64,000 bases of DNA from Candidatus Fermentithermobacillaceae bacterium (GTDB taxonomy: Bacteria; Bacillota; Sulfobacillia; Fermentithermobacillales; DUSS01). The stretch lies in the NCBI GenBank assembly GCA_012842495.1, contig DUSS01000017.1:251-64250 (forward strand). The letters are read 5' to 3'. Made by a program: the position numbers and the translations under genes. The notes under the pieces were generated by a model. That model did not search any database. It saw nothing but the letters and a program-made list of their open reading frames with translations, and was not told where the DNA came from. Below, in pieces: positions 10,501 through 20,160 of this stretch. Each line of letters starts with the position of its first letter. Within the stretch, counting starts at the first letter, position 1.

Positions 10501-10685
10501 CGCGGGATGCGTCTCTCCGTACGGGCGCGGTTCCGGGAGCTCTCTGTGAGTTCAGGGTTACCCAGTTTTCCTGAGCCGGCGCTGGTCCGGTCCGGCCGCG
10601 CTCGAGTTTTGAACGATGAGATCCCGGGGCCTGCTGCTGGCCGGCCGGAGCTTTCGTGGCAGGCCCCGGTGGTCACCGGAAGGAG

Positions 10686-10973
10686 ATGATGGACGTGTCG
10701 CCCCTCTACTGGGGAAGCCTGGTTGGGGCACTCTGGGGTGCTTTGAGTTATGTCATCGTCGTGGTACCGGCGATCAGGGAAACCATCCACGGTTATCTGG
10801 GATACGGTATGACCTATTTGGTTCCATTTTTACCGTCTGTCTGGGTGGCACCTATTTTCGGCAACTGGGCTGTTCACGGCTTCTGGGGTACCGCCTTACC
10901 GCTTGGCGCGAGTATCGCAGCAGGCGCCATCGCCGGAGCTCTCGTCGGGGCCATTTTCTTGCGGAAGCGGTAG
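10686..10973 (+). CDS. Small hypothetical membrane protein (two TM helices, Gly/Ala-rich)
   Basis: ATG preceded by GGAAGGAG. Hydrophobic segments SLVGALWGALSYVIVVVPAI and ALPLGASIAAGAIAGALVGAIFL. Confidence 0.4.
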   Translation: MMDVSPLYWGSLVGALWGALSYVIVVVPAIRETIHGYLGYGMTYLVPFLPSVWVAPIFGNWAVHGFWGTALPLGASIAAGAIAGALVGAIFLRKR

Positions 10974-11184
10974 TCCTGCGACGTTAGCAAGAAAGCCAAA
11001 ACTCACAAGCGAAATGTTTTTCTCCGCATTCATCATTCCTGTTTTCATGAGCAGGTCTGTATGCATTCGCATGCTCATAGCTGCCAATCTTCCCCCGAGA
11101 AACCTACAAACCTGGCACCTTTGGTCTGTCAGCAGAGTCCCCGGAGAAGGATGTTTTCTTCGGGAAGCGAATTAAGCATGGTAA

Positions 11185-12840
11185 GTGCCAATGCCCGCTG
11201 ATCTCGCTTGGACGAGGGAGGTGAGAGTCTTGTTTGACCTGCTCATCAAAGGAGGGCTGGTCATCGACGGAACCGGGAAGCCCGGGTATCTCGCCAACGT
11301 GGCGCTAAGCCGGGGGAAGATCGCCGCGGTGGAGAGAAATCTGAGCCTTGAAATCCCCTCCGCTACGGTGCTCGACGCGACGGGGCTGGTAGTCGCGCCG
11401 GGGTTTATCGATATCCACTCCCACACGGACAGAACCATAACAAGACACCCGGGTGCAGGTTCATCGTTGCTCCAGGGGATCACCACGGAGATTTCCGGAA
11501 ACTGCGGTGGTTCAATGGCACCCATTAACGACAAGACCATCGAGATGTTTAAAAGACTTTCCGGAAAAGACGGCTTGCCCGAGCCTCCGTGGAGGAGCTT
11601 CGGTGAGTTTCTGGACCACGTCGAGAAACTCCGACCCGGGACAAACCAGGGGTTGTTTGTCGGCCAGGGTACCGTAAGAGCATGCGTCATGGGACGGGAG
11701 AAGCGCTACCCGAGCGAGGATGAGTTGGCGCAGATGAAGAGCCTGGTCAGGCAGGCCCTGGAGGAAGGTGCGTTCGGGATTTCCACGGGCCGGGCGTACG
11801 TTCCCGGATGCTACGGTTCGTTCCGGGAAATAGTGGAGCTTTGCCGCGTCGCCGGCGAGTACGATGGGCTTCACACCAGTCACATCCAGGACCAGTGGTC
11901 CAAGATCCACTGGTCTGTGACGGAGATCGTCGAGATTACCCGGAGAGCTGGCGTGCGGGGACAGGTCGCTCACATGAAGGTGGTGGGCAAGGATAACTGG
12001 GGCAGAGCGGGGGAGATCCTCACCATACTGGAAAACGCCCGGTCGCGCGGACTGGATGTTTTAGCTGATGTGTACCCGTACACTTACTCCCAGGTGATCC
12101 TGCTCAGAAATCTCCTGCCCAAGGAGTTCTCCAGGATGGAGCCGGACAAGCTGAAGGATGCGCTCTCGGCGCCGGGAGCATCCGAAAGCTTGCGAAAGGC
12201 ATTCGAAGCTGATCCCGGGTACACCGCGTCGCGCTTGGACAGGATGGGGATAATCCACTGCTCGCGGACGAAAGAATTTGAGGGTATGGACATAGGCGAA
12301 GCTGCTCTTGCGCTGGGTCTGGACGTGTTCTCCGCCGTCGTGAAAATCCTCCTCGAGAACGACTTGGAAGTGAAAACCGCGGGGATCATGAGCGAAGCTG
12401 ACGTGCGGGAGATCGTGTCTCACCCGATGGCAATGTTTGGAACCGATGCTTTGGCGGGTGACCCGGAGGAAGACGCAAACCGCGGCTATTCCGACCTTCA
12501 TCCCAGGCATTACGGGACATATCCCAGGATTCTCGGAAAGTACGTGAGACAAGAACGGGCACTGTCCCTGGAGGAAGCTGTACGAAAGATGACCTCCATG
12601 CCGGCGGAGCGTTTGAACATCCTCGACCGGGGCCTTATCCACAGGGGGTATTGGGCCGATGTGGTGATATTCGACCCTCTGACGGTAGAGGACAGGGCGG
12701 ACCTGGACAATCCCGCGGCACCTCCGGTGGGCATCAAATACGTGCTGGTCAACGGAGAGATCGTCGTCAAGGATTCAAAGCTCACGGGAGTTCGAGCGGG
12801 GAAGGTGCTGCGTGCAGCTCACCACCGGATGGTCTATTAA
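11185..12840 (+). CDS. N-acyl-D-amino-acid deacylase (D-aminoacylase) family amidohydrolase
   Basis: N-terminal LIKGGLVIDGTG...PGFIDIHSHTD metal-binding HxH motif. Length about 550 aa, typical for D-aminoacylases. Confidence 0.75.
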   Translation: MPMPADLAWTREVRVLFDLLIKGGLVIDGTGKPGYLANVALSRGKIAAVERNLSLEIPSATVLDATGLVVAPGFIDIHSHTDRTITRHPGAGSSLLQGITTEISGNCGGSMAPINDKTIEMFKRLSGKDGLPEPPWRSFGEFLDHVEKLRPGTNQGLFVGQGTVRACVMGREKRYPSEDELAQMKSLVRQALEEGAFGISTGRAYVPGCYGSFREIVELCRVAGEYDGLHTSHIQDQWSKIHWSVTEIVEITRRAGVRGQVAHMKVVGKDNWGRAGEILTILENARSRGLDVLADVYPYTYSQVILLRNLLPKEFSRMEPDKLKDALSAPGASESLRKAFEADPGYTASRLDRMGIIHCSRTKEFEGMDIGEAALALGLDVFSAVVKILLENDLEVKTAGIMSEADVREIVSHPMAMFGTDALAGDPEEDANRGYSDLHPRHYGTYPRILGKYVRQERALSLEEAVRKMTSMPAERLNILDRGLIHRGYWADVVIFDPLTVEDRADLDNPAAPPVGIKYVLVNGEIVVKDSKLTGVRAGKVLRAAHHRMVY

Positions 12841-12877
12841 AACAGGCAGGTTTTCGTGATCGAAAGGAGGAATTCAG

Positions 12878-14065
12878 TTGCTCGCAATTCGAGGCGGAAC
12901 CATATTTACCGCAGCTAGAAAGCCCGCCCCAGAGGTTATAAAGGACGGGACCATCATCGTCGAAGACGGCAAGATCGCTTATTGCGGGCCGTCCCAGGAC
13001 ATACCGGAAGGCGCGGAAGTCATAGATGCTTCGGGCAGGGTCATAACGCCGGGCCTCATCGATGCCCACGTTCACATCGGAGTGCATCCGGACGGGTTTG
13101 GCTGGCAGGAGTCGGACGTAAACGAAGCGACTGAACCCAACACGGCCGAGGTCAGAGCTCTCGACGGCATTTGGCCCATGGACGAAGCTTTTTCCGCGGC
13201 GGTGGAGGGCGGCGTGACGTGCGTCCAGATTGCACCGGGCAGCGCCAACGTCATCGGTGGCGAAACCGTAGTGATCAGGACCACCGGTAAGGTCGTTGAC
13301 GAAATGGTTTTGAGGAATCCCTCAGGCCTTAAGGCGGCCCTCGGTGAGAATCCCAAGAGAGTGTACGGATCCAGACACAGGATGCCTTCGACCAGGATGG
13401 GAAACGCGGCCGTGTTGAGGGCGGCACTGGCTAAAGCTAGGGACTATCTCAGGAAGAAGGACCTCGCCCGGGAAAAGCCCGACAAGGCTCCTGATACCGA
13501 TCTCAAGCTCGAGGCCGTCGCAAGGGTCTTGCGAGGGGAAATACCTTTAAGGGTCCACGTTCATCGCGCGGACGACATCATGACTGCGATCCGCATTGCG
13601 AAGGAGTTCAATATTCAGATCTCCCTCGAACACTGCACGGAGGGACATCTCATCGTCTCCGAAATCAAGGAGTTCGGGGCGCCCGCTTCGTGCGGACCGT
13701 CCCTTACGGACAAGTCCAAGCTGGAGATTAGGGACATCGGTTTCCACACGCCCGTTGCGCTGCTCAAGGCCGGTGTTAAGACGGCGCTCATCACCGACCA
13801 TCCCGTTTTCCCCCTCCAGTACCTGAGATTGTGCGCCGGACTCGCCGTGAGAGAAGGGCTGGATGAAGCCGAAGCTCTCCTCGCGGTTACGAGATATCCT
13901 GCGGAGATAGCTGGCGTGGACTCCAGGGTCGGTTCTCTCGAGAGGGGCAAGGATGCGGACATAGTGATTTGGTCCGGTGACCCGTTCGAGTACAGCACGA
14001 AAGCGCTTTACACGATAGCAGCTGGCAGGATCGTCTATAAGGCACGGGAGGTGGCTAGGGGATGA
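12878..14065 (+). CDS. Amidohydrolase family protein (paralog A)
   Basis: GxIxxAxxxxxxVxDGxIxxxG then PGLIDAHVHIG HxH motif. It is clearly homologous along its length to the next gene. Confidence 0.8.
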   Translation: MLAIRGGTIFTAARKPAPEVIKDGTIIVEDGKIAYCGPSQDIPEGAEVIDASGRVITPGLIDAHVHIGVHPDGFGWQESDVNEATEPNTAEVRALDGIWPMDEAFSAAVEGGVTCVQIAPGSANVIGGETVVIRTTGKVVDEMVLRNPSGLKAALGENPKRVYGSRHRMPSTRMGNAAVLRAALAKARDYLRKKDLAREKPDKAPDTDLKLEAVARVLRGEIPLRVHVHRADDIMTAIRIAKEFNIQISLEHCTEGHLIVSEIKEFGAPASCGPSLTDKSKLEIRDIGFHTPVALLKAGVKTALITDHPVFPLQYLRLCAGLAVREGLDEAEALLAVTRYPAEIAGVDSRVGSLERGKDADIVIWSGDPFEYSTKALYTIAAGRIVYKAREVARG

Positions 14066-15222
14066 AGGTGTTTCGCGGCGGTAAGGTGTACCCCATTACA
14101 AGTCCGCCTTTGGACAACGGAATGGTGGTAGTGGGTGACGGTGGAAAGATATCTTACGTCGGACCCGAGAAGGAATTGCCAGAAGGAGCCGAGGTCATCG
14201 ATTGCACCGGGAAAGTGGTGATGCCCGGGTTCGTCGATGCCCACACACATATAGGCATGTGGTCCGAATGGTACGGGTGGCCCGAAGCCGATGGGAACGA
14301 AGCTACAAATCCGGTGACCCCCGAAGTGAGGGCGATAGACGCCATTTGGCCGGAGCACACGGCGTTCCGGGACGCGAGGGAGGGCGGCGTGACCACCGTT
14401 CAGATAATCCCCGGCTCGGCGAACGTAATCGGCGGCCAGGCTGTGGTAGTTAAAACCGCCGGCAAGACGGTGGATGAAATGGTAGTGAAGTGGCCATCGG
14501 GAATGAAGGCTGCCTTCGGCGAAAACCCCAAATCCGTCTACGGGAGAAATCAGAAATTCCCCATGACGAGGATGGGCGTGGCCGCCGCCATGAGGGCCGC
14601 TCTGACCAAGGCTCGGGACTACATGGTCAAGATGGAAAAGGGCGAGAAGGACCCGGAAAAGATGCCCGACACCGACCTCGGCATGCTGGCCCTTGTCCGC
14701 GTCCTGAAAAAGGAGATGCCCATGAGGTTTCACGCTCACAGGGCGGACGACATCGCCACCGCGGTGAGGATTGCCCGGGAATTTGACCTGGACTTCAGCA
14801 TAGAACATTGCACCGACGGTGCGACCATCGCGGAATTTCTCGGTACGCTCGGCGCGAGGGTTCACGTAGGACCATTCCCCTCGACCAGGTCGAAAGTGGA
14901 GCTCAGAAACCTCTCGGCCACGACTCCCGCGGTCCTTCAAAAGGCCGGGTGCAAGGTGAGCATCATCTCGGATCATCCGTTCCACCCTATCCAGTTTTAC
15001 TCTGTGGCCCTGGCCATCGCCTGGGCCAGCGGAATGCCGGAAGAGGAGGCCCTCAAGGCGGGCACCATCAACCCGGCGGAAAGTCTCGGGGTAGCCGACA
15101 GGGTGGGCAGTTTGGAAGCGGGCAAGGACGGCGACATCGTGGTTTGGAGCGACCATCCGTTCAAAGTAAGGTCGAAGGCGGAGAAGGTGTTCATCCAGGG
15201 GAAGCTCGTGTACGAACGATAA
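14062..15222 (+). CDS. Amidohydrolase family protein (paralog B, tandem duplicate)
   Basis: PGFVDAHTHIG HxH motif. The GVTTVQIIPGSANVIGGQAVVVKTAGK block parallels GVTCVQIAPGSANVIGGETVVIRTTGK in paralog A. Its start overlaps the stop of the previous gene. Confidence 0.8.
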   Translation: MKVFRGGKVYPITSPPLDNGMVVVGDGGKISYVGPEKELPEGAEVIDCTGKVVMPGFVDAHTHIGMWSEWYGWPEADGNEATNPVTPEVRAIDAIWPEHTAFRDAREGGVTTVQIIPGSANVIGGQAVVVKTAGKTVDEMVVKWPSGMKAAFGENPKSVYGRNQKFPMTRMGVAAAMRAALTKARDYMVKMEKGEKDPEKMPDTDLGMLALVRVLKKEMPMRFHAHRADDIATAVRIAREFDLDFSIEHCTDGATIAEFLGTLGARVHVGPFPSTRSKVELRNLSATTPAVLQKAGCKVSIISDHPFHPIQFYSVALAIAWASGMPEEEALKAGTINPAESLGVADRVGSLEAGKDGDIVVWSDHPFKVRSKAEKVFIQGKLVYER

Positions 15223-15350
15223 GACCTGCGGAATTCACGCTTCGCGGGCCTCAAGCCCGTTGTGTCACCCGGGGTTTGTCCCGGTTCCGGGGGGAGCTTC
15301 TATGTTGAGGCGCCTGGTCAAGGCGTCAGACGGAATAACTTTATGAGGGG

Positions 15351-16991
15351 ATGTTTTGGGTGACGGAGGAGGAATACCGGAACTACATAGATCGATATGT
15401 CGCTGAGCGGCGCGACGAGATCATCGGGACGTTATTGGATCTACTGAGGATTCCGAGCGTGGGCTCAGAGGGAAGCGGGGGAGCGCCGTTCGGCCCCGAA
15501 GTCGAGCGTGCCCTCCGCTTCGTAACCGACAAAGCTTCAACCTTCGGTCTCGACGTGAAGAACGTGGACGGCTACGCCGTACATTCGGAAACCGGGTCCG
15601 GTTCCGAAGTTGCGATGGCTCTCACCCACGTGGACGTGGTCCCCGCCGGTTCGGGATGGACCCGAAATCCGCTGGGGGAAGTGGCGGACGGAAAAGTCTT
15701 CGGCCGGGGAGCTCAGGATAACAAGGGACCGACCGTGGCGTGCCTGTACGCCCTTAAGGCCCTCAAGGAAAGCGGCATTCCGTTGCGGCGCCGCGTCCGG
15801 CACGTTGTCGGCGGCAACGAGGAGTCCGGGTTCAGGTGCGTGAGACACTATTTCGAGGTCGAGCCGCTGCCCAAATACGGTTTTTCCCCGGATGCGTGCT
15901 TCCCCCTGGTCTACGCCGAGAAGGGCACGATGAACGTCCGCGTCCGAGCTCTCCTGGGCAAAGAGACCCGGGCAGGTGTGGAGAAATGCCGCATCCTCTG
16001 TCTTCTCGAAGAGATTTCCGGGGGCGAAGCGGCGAATATGGTGCCGGACAGGGCGAGAGCTGTTCTCCGCATGAGTCCGGGGGCCGAGAGAGAACAGGGT
16101 CTGGTGCTGCAAAGGCTTAAGGAAGGGGCCACGAAGGTCGCCGAGGTCATCGGCGGTCCGGGACCCCTGGCTTTCGAGTTTTCGCAGGAACCGGGACGCA
16201 TTATCATACGAGCTTCGGGCAAGGCATGCCACGCTTCGGTCCCCTGGGAGGGGACAAACGCGGTGGCTGCGGTGCTGCATCTCGTCGCTTCGCTGGGCCC
16301 AACCGTCCAGAACCACGCCGCGATCAGGTTCATGGCGAACGCCGCAGACATCTACGGGCGCGGACTTGACATCCAGTGCGAAGACGACATCACGGGCAAA
16401 CTTTCTTGCAACCTCGGTGTGGCCGGAACCGAGGAGCTCGGGGACGTCGCTGATAGCGCGGCTGAAAGTACCCCGCGAGAGCGCGGACCGGAAAGGGGCG
16501 CGAGGGAAGTCCGCCCGGACCCGCACAGTACCGGACGAGGCAGCTCTCCCGGGAGCGGTTCGAGTTCAGGCGGCGAGGGAAGCTATGGTCAAGGCGGCGG
16601 GCTGCGGCGCATCTGGGGGATCTACAACATCCGCTATCCCGTGCAGGTTTCCGGCGATCTTTTGAAGTCCAAAGTTCTCGCGGTCCAGCGGCCTGAGGGT
16701 GTCGAGGTAGAAGTAGTCGGGCTCGGAAAGCCTCACTATACCGACCCTAATTCCTTCTTGGTGCAGACCCTGCTCAGAATTTACAGGGAGGAGAGCGGTG
16801 ACCAGTCGCCGCCGATTACCATCGGGGGCGGTACTTACGCCAAAGTCATCCCGGGAGGGGTGGCGTACGGGCCGGTGAGGCCGGGCAGGCTCGAAACCGC
16901 CCATCAGCCTGATGAGCATATCTTGATAGGTGACCTGCTTTTCCTCGTCAAGGTGTATTCCAGAGCTCTTCTCGCTCTGGCCAACGGGTGA
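15351..16991 (+). CDS. M20 family dipeptidase (PepV/Sapep-like) with a roughly 55-aa low-complexity insertion
   Basis: M20 metal-ligand regions THVDVVPAG and GRGAQDNKGP. Lid-domain LNIRYPV-like block (GIYNIRYPV) and C-terminal GGGTYAK. The Gly/Ser/Arg/Pro-rich stretch at about 16440-16620 has no counterpart in PepV. Confidence 0.8.
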   Translation: MFWVTEEEYRNYIDRYVAERRDEIIGTLLDLLRIPSVGSEGSGGAPFGPEVERALRFVTDKASTFGLDVKNVDGYAVHSETGSGSEVAMALTHVDVVPAGSGWTRNPLGEVADGKVFGRGAQDNKGPTVACLYALKALKESGIPLRRRVRHVVGGNEESGFRCVRHYFEVEPLPKYGFSPDACFPLVYAEKGTMNVRVRALLGKETRAGVEKCRILCLLEEISGGEAANMVPDRARAVLRMSPGAEREQGLVLQRLKEGATKVAEVIGGPGPLAFEFSQEPGRIIIRASGKACHASVPWEGTNAVAAVLHLVASLGPTVQNHAAIRFMANAADIYGRGLDIQCEDDITGKLSCNLGVAGTEELGDVADSAAESTPRERGPERGAREVRPDPHSTGRGSSPGSGSSSGGEGSYGQGGGLRRIWGIYNIRYPVQVSGDLLKSKVLAVQRPEGVEVEVVGLGKPHYTDPNSFLVQTLLRIYREESGDQSPPITIGGGTYAKVIPGGVAYGPVRPGRLETAHQPDEHILIGDLLFLVKVYSRALLALANG

Positions 16992-17054
16992 CGCGTTAAA
17001 CTGGAGCGGTGGGTTTGACCGGATGGAAGACAACGCGGAGACGGAGGGCTGGTC

Positions 17055-17288
17055 ATGGGGGAACACGATGAGCACGCGACGGTGCAGTACTGCGTCATCG
17101 ATCGTTTTGAGGGAGACTGGGCCGTCATGGAGTGGAACAGGGTTGTTTTTAACTTTCCCAGGCGGTTGCTTCCCGGCGGAGCGCAAGAAGGTGATGTGAT
17201 CCGCATAGTCTCGGAGGTGGACGCGGCCCGGACCGCCGACCGGCGTCAGCGGGTGAGGCAACTCGAGGAGAAGCTCTTCAGGGAGTAG
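17055..17288 (+). CDS. DUF3006 domain protein
   Basis: A 77-aa protein with the small, charged composition and size of DUF3006, immediately upstream of an MBL-fold (ComEC-C-terminal-like) hydrolase. This pairing is characteristic of the family. Confidence 0.55.
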   Translation: MGEHDEHATVQYCVIDRFEGDWAVMEWNRVVFNFPRRLLPGGAQEGDVIRIVSEVDAARTADRRQRVRQLEEKLFRE

Positions 17289-17298
17289 AGCGGACTAA

Positions 17299-18258
17299 TT
17301 GAGCCGTACCTGGACGGGGATGATTCCCGTGACGAAGCGGAAGCTCATATCAATACCGGCAGGAACTGCCCTTGTTTTGCTGGCTGTCCTCCTGGCCGGG
17401 TCGCTATTCTCATTCTCGTGCGCCCCTGCGCCCCGGCCTCCGGCAGGGCCGGGCGATCCTGGTGACTCGGGTAAACCGCCTGCCGGCAAACAGCCCGAAC
17501 TGAGAGCGTTCTTCATCAACGTGGGACAGGGGGACTCCTGCCTTATCATGGCCCGAACCGGTAGCGGCGAGGAGTTCACCCTGCTCGTCGACGCAGGTCC
17601 GGCCGGAGCCTCTGAAGGCGTGGTTGAATTCCTCAGGGAAGCCGGCGTAACCGAAATCGATTACCTCGTGTTCACTCATCCCCACGAAGACCACATTGGC
17701 GGCGGTAAAGCTGTGCTAGACGCGTTTGAAGTGGGGAAAGTATACATGCCAAAGACTTCGCATACCACAGGTGCGTACGAGCAGTTGCTTCTGACCATCG
17801 AGTCCAAGGGACTTACCGTGACCCAGGTCCGGGCAGGAAAGGTCATCTTAGAGGAAAAGGACTTCGAGGTCGAGTTCCTCGGGCCGGTGAAATCTTACGA
17901 AGATCTCAATGATTGTTCCGCGGTGATGTCTCTGACCTTCGGGAAGAAGGTCCTTCTGCTGATGGGAGACGCGGAAGCGCAGGCTGAAAAGGACATGCTC
18001 GAGGCAGGTATCGTCCCCGATGCCGATGTGTTGAAAGTGGGTCATCACGGGGCTTCCACGTCCACCAGCGGCGAGTTCCTCAAAGTTTCGCGACCATCCG
18101 TTGCGGTCATTTCCGTAGGTCCAAACCCCTACGGTCACCCGTCAAAAACCGTCCTCGACCGGCTTGAACGGGCCGGTGTGAAGGTATACAGGACGGACCT
18201 TCACGGTACCGTGGAGGTCGTCATCAAGGGTGACCGGTTGGACGTATCCACCCGGTAA
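17299..18258 (+). CDS. MBL-fold metallo-hydrolase (ComEC/Rec2 C-terminal domain-like), exported
   Basis: N-terminal TM/signal. Metallo-beta-lactamase motifs HPHEDHIGG and GHHGASTS. Confidence 0.8.
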   Translation: MSRTWTGMIPVTKRKLISIPAGTALVLLAVLLAGSLFSFSCAPAPRPPAGPGDPGDSGKPPAGKQPELRAFFINVGQGDSCLIMARTGSGEEFTLLVDAGPAGASEGVVEFLREAGVTEIDYLVFTHPHEDHIGGGKAVLDAFEVGKVYMPKTSHTTGAYEQLLLTIESKGLTVTQVRAGKVILEEKDFEVEFLGPVKSYEDLNDCSAVMSLTFGKKVLLLMGDAEAQAEKDMLEAGIVPDADVLKVGHHGASTSTSGEFLKVSRPSVAVISVGPNPYGHPSKTVLDRLERAGVKVYRTDLHGTVEVVIKGDRLDVSTR

Positions 18259-18329
18259 GCGAAAGAACTCCTCGGCCAGCATCCAACTTTAGCCGCGGAA
18301 ACGGTGCGCCGGGTCTCTGCTTGAATGGA

Positions 18330-18352
18330 CCGAGGGGATGACAACCCCTCGG
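18330..18352. terminator. GC-rich hairpin (CCGAGGGG-ATGACAA-CCCCTCGG) between the convergent MBL and serS genes; candidate bidirectional terminator
   Basis: Perfect 8-bp inverted repeat with a 7-nt loop lying between two convergent stop codons. Confidence 0.4.
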
Positions 18353-18373
18353 CTTCGCTCAGCTTTCAAAGCT

Positions 18374-19657
18374 CTAAGCTTTGCGGGAAATCCGGTCCAT
18401 TCCTCCAGGCATATATTTTCTCAGAGCTTCCGGCACTACCACGCTCCCGTCGCTTTCCTGGTAGTTCTCAATGATCGCCGCGATGGTCCGGCCGATGGCG
18501 ATGGCTGTGCCGTTCAGGGTATGCACGTACGCGGGCTTTCCTCCGTCGGCAGGTCTGTACCTGACGTTGAGTCCCCTCGCCTGGTAGTCCGTACAGGTGC
18601 TGCACGACGTTATCTCCCTGTAGGTTTTCTCCGCCGGGCGCCAGAACTCCAGATCGTACTTCCTGTAAGCGATGGGCCCTAGATCGCCGGCACACATTTT
18701 CACTACGCGATACGGGATCCCCAGCGTCTGGTAGATGCGCTCCTGGAGGGAGACCATCCACTCGTGAGTCGCATCCGATGTTTCGGGCCTGTCGTAGACG
18801 AACATTTCCACTTTGTCAAAGTGGTGCGTTCTCATGAGGCCGCGGACATCCTTACCGCCGGACCCCACTTCGGTACGATAGCACGGAGAAAAGCCCGCGT
18901 ATTTCAAAGGCAGGTCCTTCTCATCCAGGATTTCTCCAGCGTGCAGGGCGGCTAGGGGGATTTCGGAAGTCCCGACCAACCCCAGGTTTTCCCCTTCTAT
19001 CCTATAGATCTGGTCGCGGAAGAAGGGGTAGTGGCCCGACCCGTAGAGGATATCCTCTCTCACAATCACCGGCGCTATTACCGGTATGAACCCTTCCGCC
19101 GTCAGAAAGTCCAGAGCGAATCTCACCAGCGCGAATTCGAGGAATACGGCTTCCCGTGCCAGAAAGTAGGTTCGGGTTCCCCAGACCTTAGCTCCGCGGG
19201 CTGTGTCGATGAGACCCAGGGATTCTCCAAGGTCAGCGTGGTCCTTGGGCTCGAAGGGGAAGGTTCTGGGGGTGCCCCACCGCCTTACTTCCACATTTTT
19301 CGATTCGTCCTCTCCGGGAGGCACGTCGGGTGCGAGCATGTTAGGGATGGTGTAGAGCAGAGAGCTGAGTTTTTCCTCGACGTCCCTGAGTTTTTCCTCC
19401 ATGGCGGAGACTTGCTCTCTGATCTCGCGGTTTTTCTCGATGAGAGACTGGCGCTCATCCGGGTCCCGGCACGTCCTTGTGGCCTCGGAGAGCCGGTTCC
19501 TCTCTTCCCTCAGCCGGTTTATTTCCCGTACCAGTGCGAGTCTCTCGTCATCAAGGGAAAGGATTTCGTCAAGAGGTGCTGTAGCTCCCCTTTTCTTAAG
19601 CATTTCTTCCACCGCAGGACGGTCCTTTCTTAAAACCGCGATGTCGAACATGACCAA
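18374..19657 (-). CDS. serS: Seryl-tRNA synthetase
   Basis: Full-length class II aaRS with an N-terminal coiled-coil arm (MFDIAVLRKDRPAVEEMLKKRG...) and the SerS catalytic core. The start is probably the ATG giving MFDIAV (19651). A GGGGG RBS lies upstream. Confidence 0.95.
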   Translation of the reverse strand: MVMFDIAVLRKDRPAVEEMLKKRGATAPLDEILSLDDERLALVREINRLREERNRLSEATRTCRDPDERQSLIEKNREIREQVSAMEEKLRDVEEKLSSLLYTIPNMLAPDVPPGEDESKNVEVRRWGTPRTFPFEPKDHADLGESLGLIDTARGAKVWGTRTYFLAREAVFLEFALVRFALDFLTAEGFIPVIAPVIVREDILYGSGHYPFFRDQIYRIEGENLGLVGTSEIPLAALHAGEILDEKDLPLKYAGFSPCYRTEVGSGGKDVRGLMRTHHFDKVEMFVYDRPETSDATHEWMVSLQERIYQTLGIPYRVVKMCAGDLGPIAYRKYDLEFWRPAEKTYREITSCSTCTDYQARGLNVRYRPADGGKPAYVHTLNGTAIAIGRTIAAIIENYQESDGSVVVPEALRKYMPGGMDRISRKA

Positions 19658-19861
19658 AACCCCCTTGTTTTCTCATAAAGTCTTGCCCCATCCCGCACGC
19701 ACCTGCTATCAGGCAGGAAGGGCAAGATCTTCCGTCCTCAGTGACCGGTGCACCAGTTGTGGGCAGCTTGCGGGTTCTGGCTGCCACTAAGCCTTGCTCG
19801 CAGCACGACCGGCCTTCTGAGCCTGCCGACCGCCGGCAGCTCCTCAGTCCTGGCTGCCGGT

Positions 19862-20160
19862 AAAAGAAGAAAGCAGATTTCCTCACGGACGAGGAAACCT
19901 GCTCTCGTGGTGCCACCGTGATTTACCCGCGTTTTGATCCGCGGGCCTCTTACCCCTTAACGTGGGGCGCCCGGCCGGGCATACTCAGCGCTTATCCGGA
20001 CGCGATGCAACCTTCGTTCGATTCCGAACCTCCGGGATTCGGCCCTGAGTCTGCGACTCAGTTGAGCCGGTCCACCGGAAGCCGTCCCCGGGCCGGAATA
20101 CGAGCGTTCGGAATGCTTTTCAACCCGCAGCTCAGGAGTGCTCGCCTGAGTCGTCCGGCG
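19862..20160 (-). ncRNA. T-box riboswitch leader of serS: T-box core, antiterminator and terminator identified; upstream Stem I boundary approximate
   Basis: Minus strand reads AATCACGGTGGCACCACGAGAGC (plus 19901-19923), matching the T-box consensus AAUUAGGGUGGNACCGCG. It is followed at once by the terminator hairpin GCAGGUUUCCUC-GUCCG-UGAGGAAAUCUGC and a UUUCUUCUUUU run (plus 19862-19902). Confidence 0.55.

Noticed and set aside
14035-15156. 373-aa minus-strand ORF
   Set aside because: Antisense to the amidohydrolase paralog B, which has clear HxH metal motifs. His/Gly/Arg-rich noise composition.
15537-16526. 329-aa minus-strand ORF
   Set aside because: Fully antisense to the well-supported M20 dipeptidase. 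Arg/Ala/Gly-biased composition typical of high-GC antisense frames.
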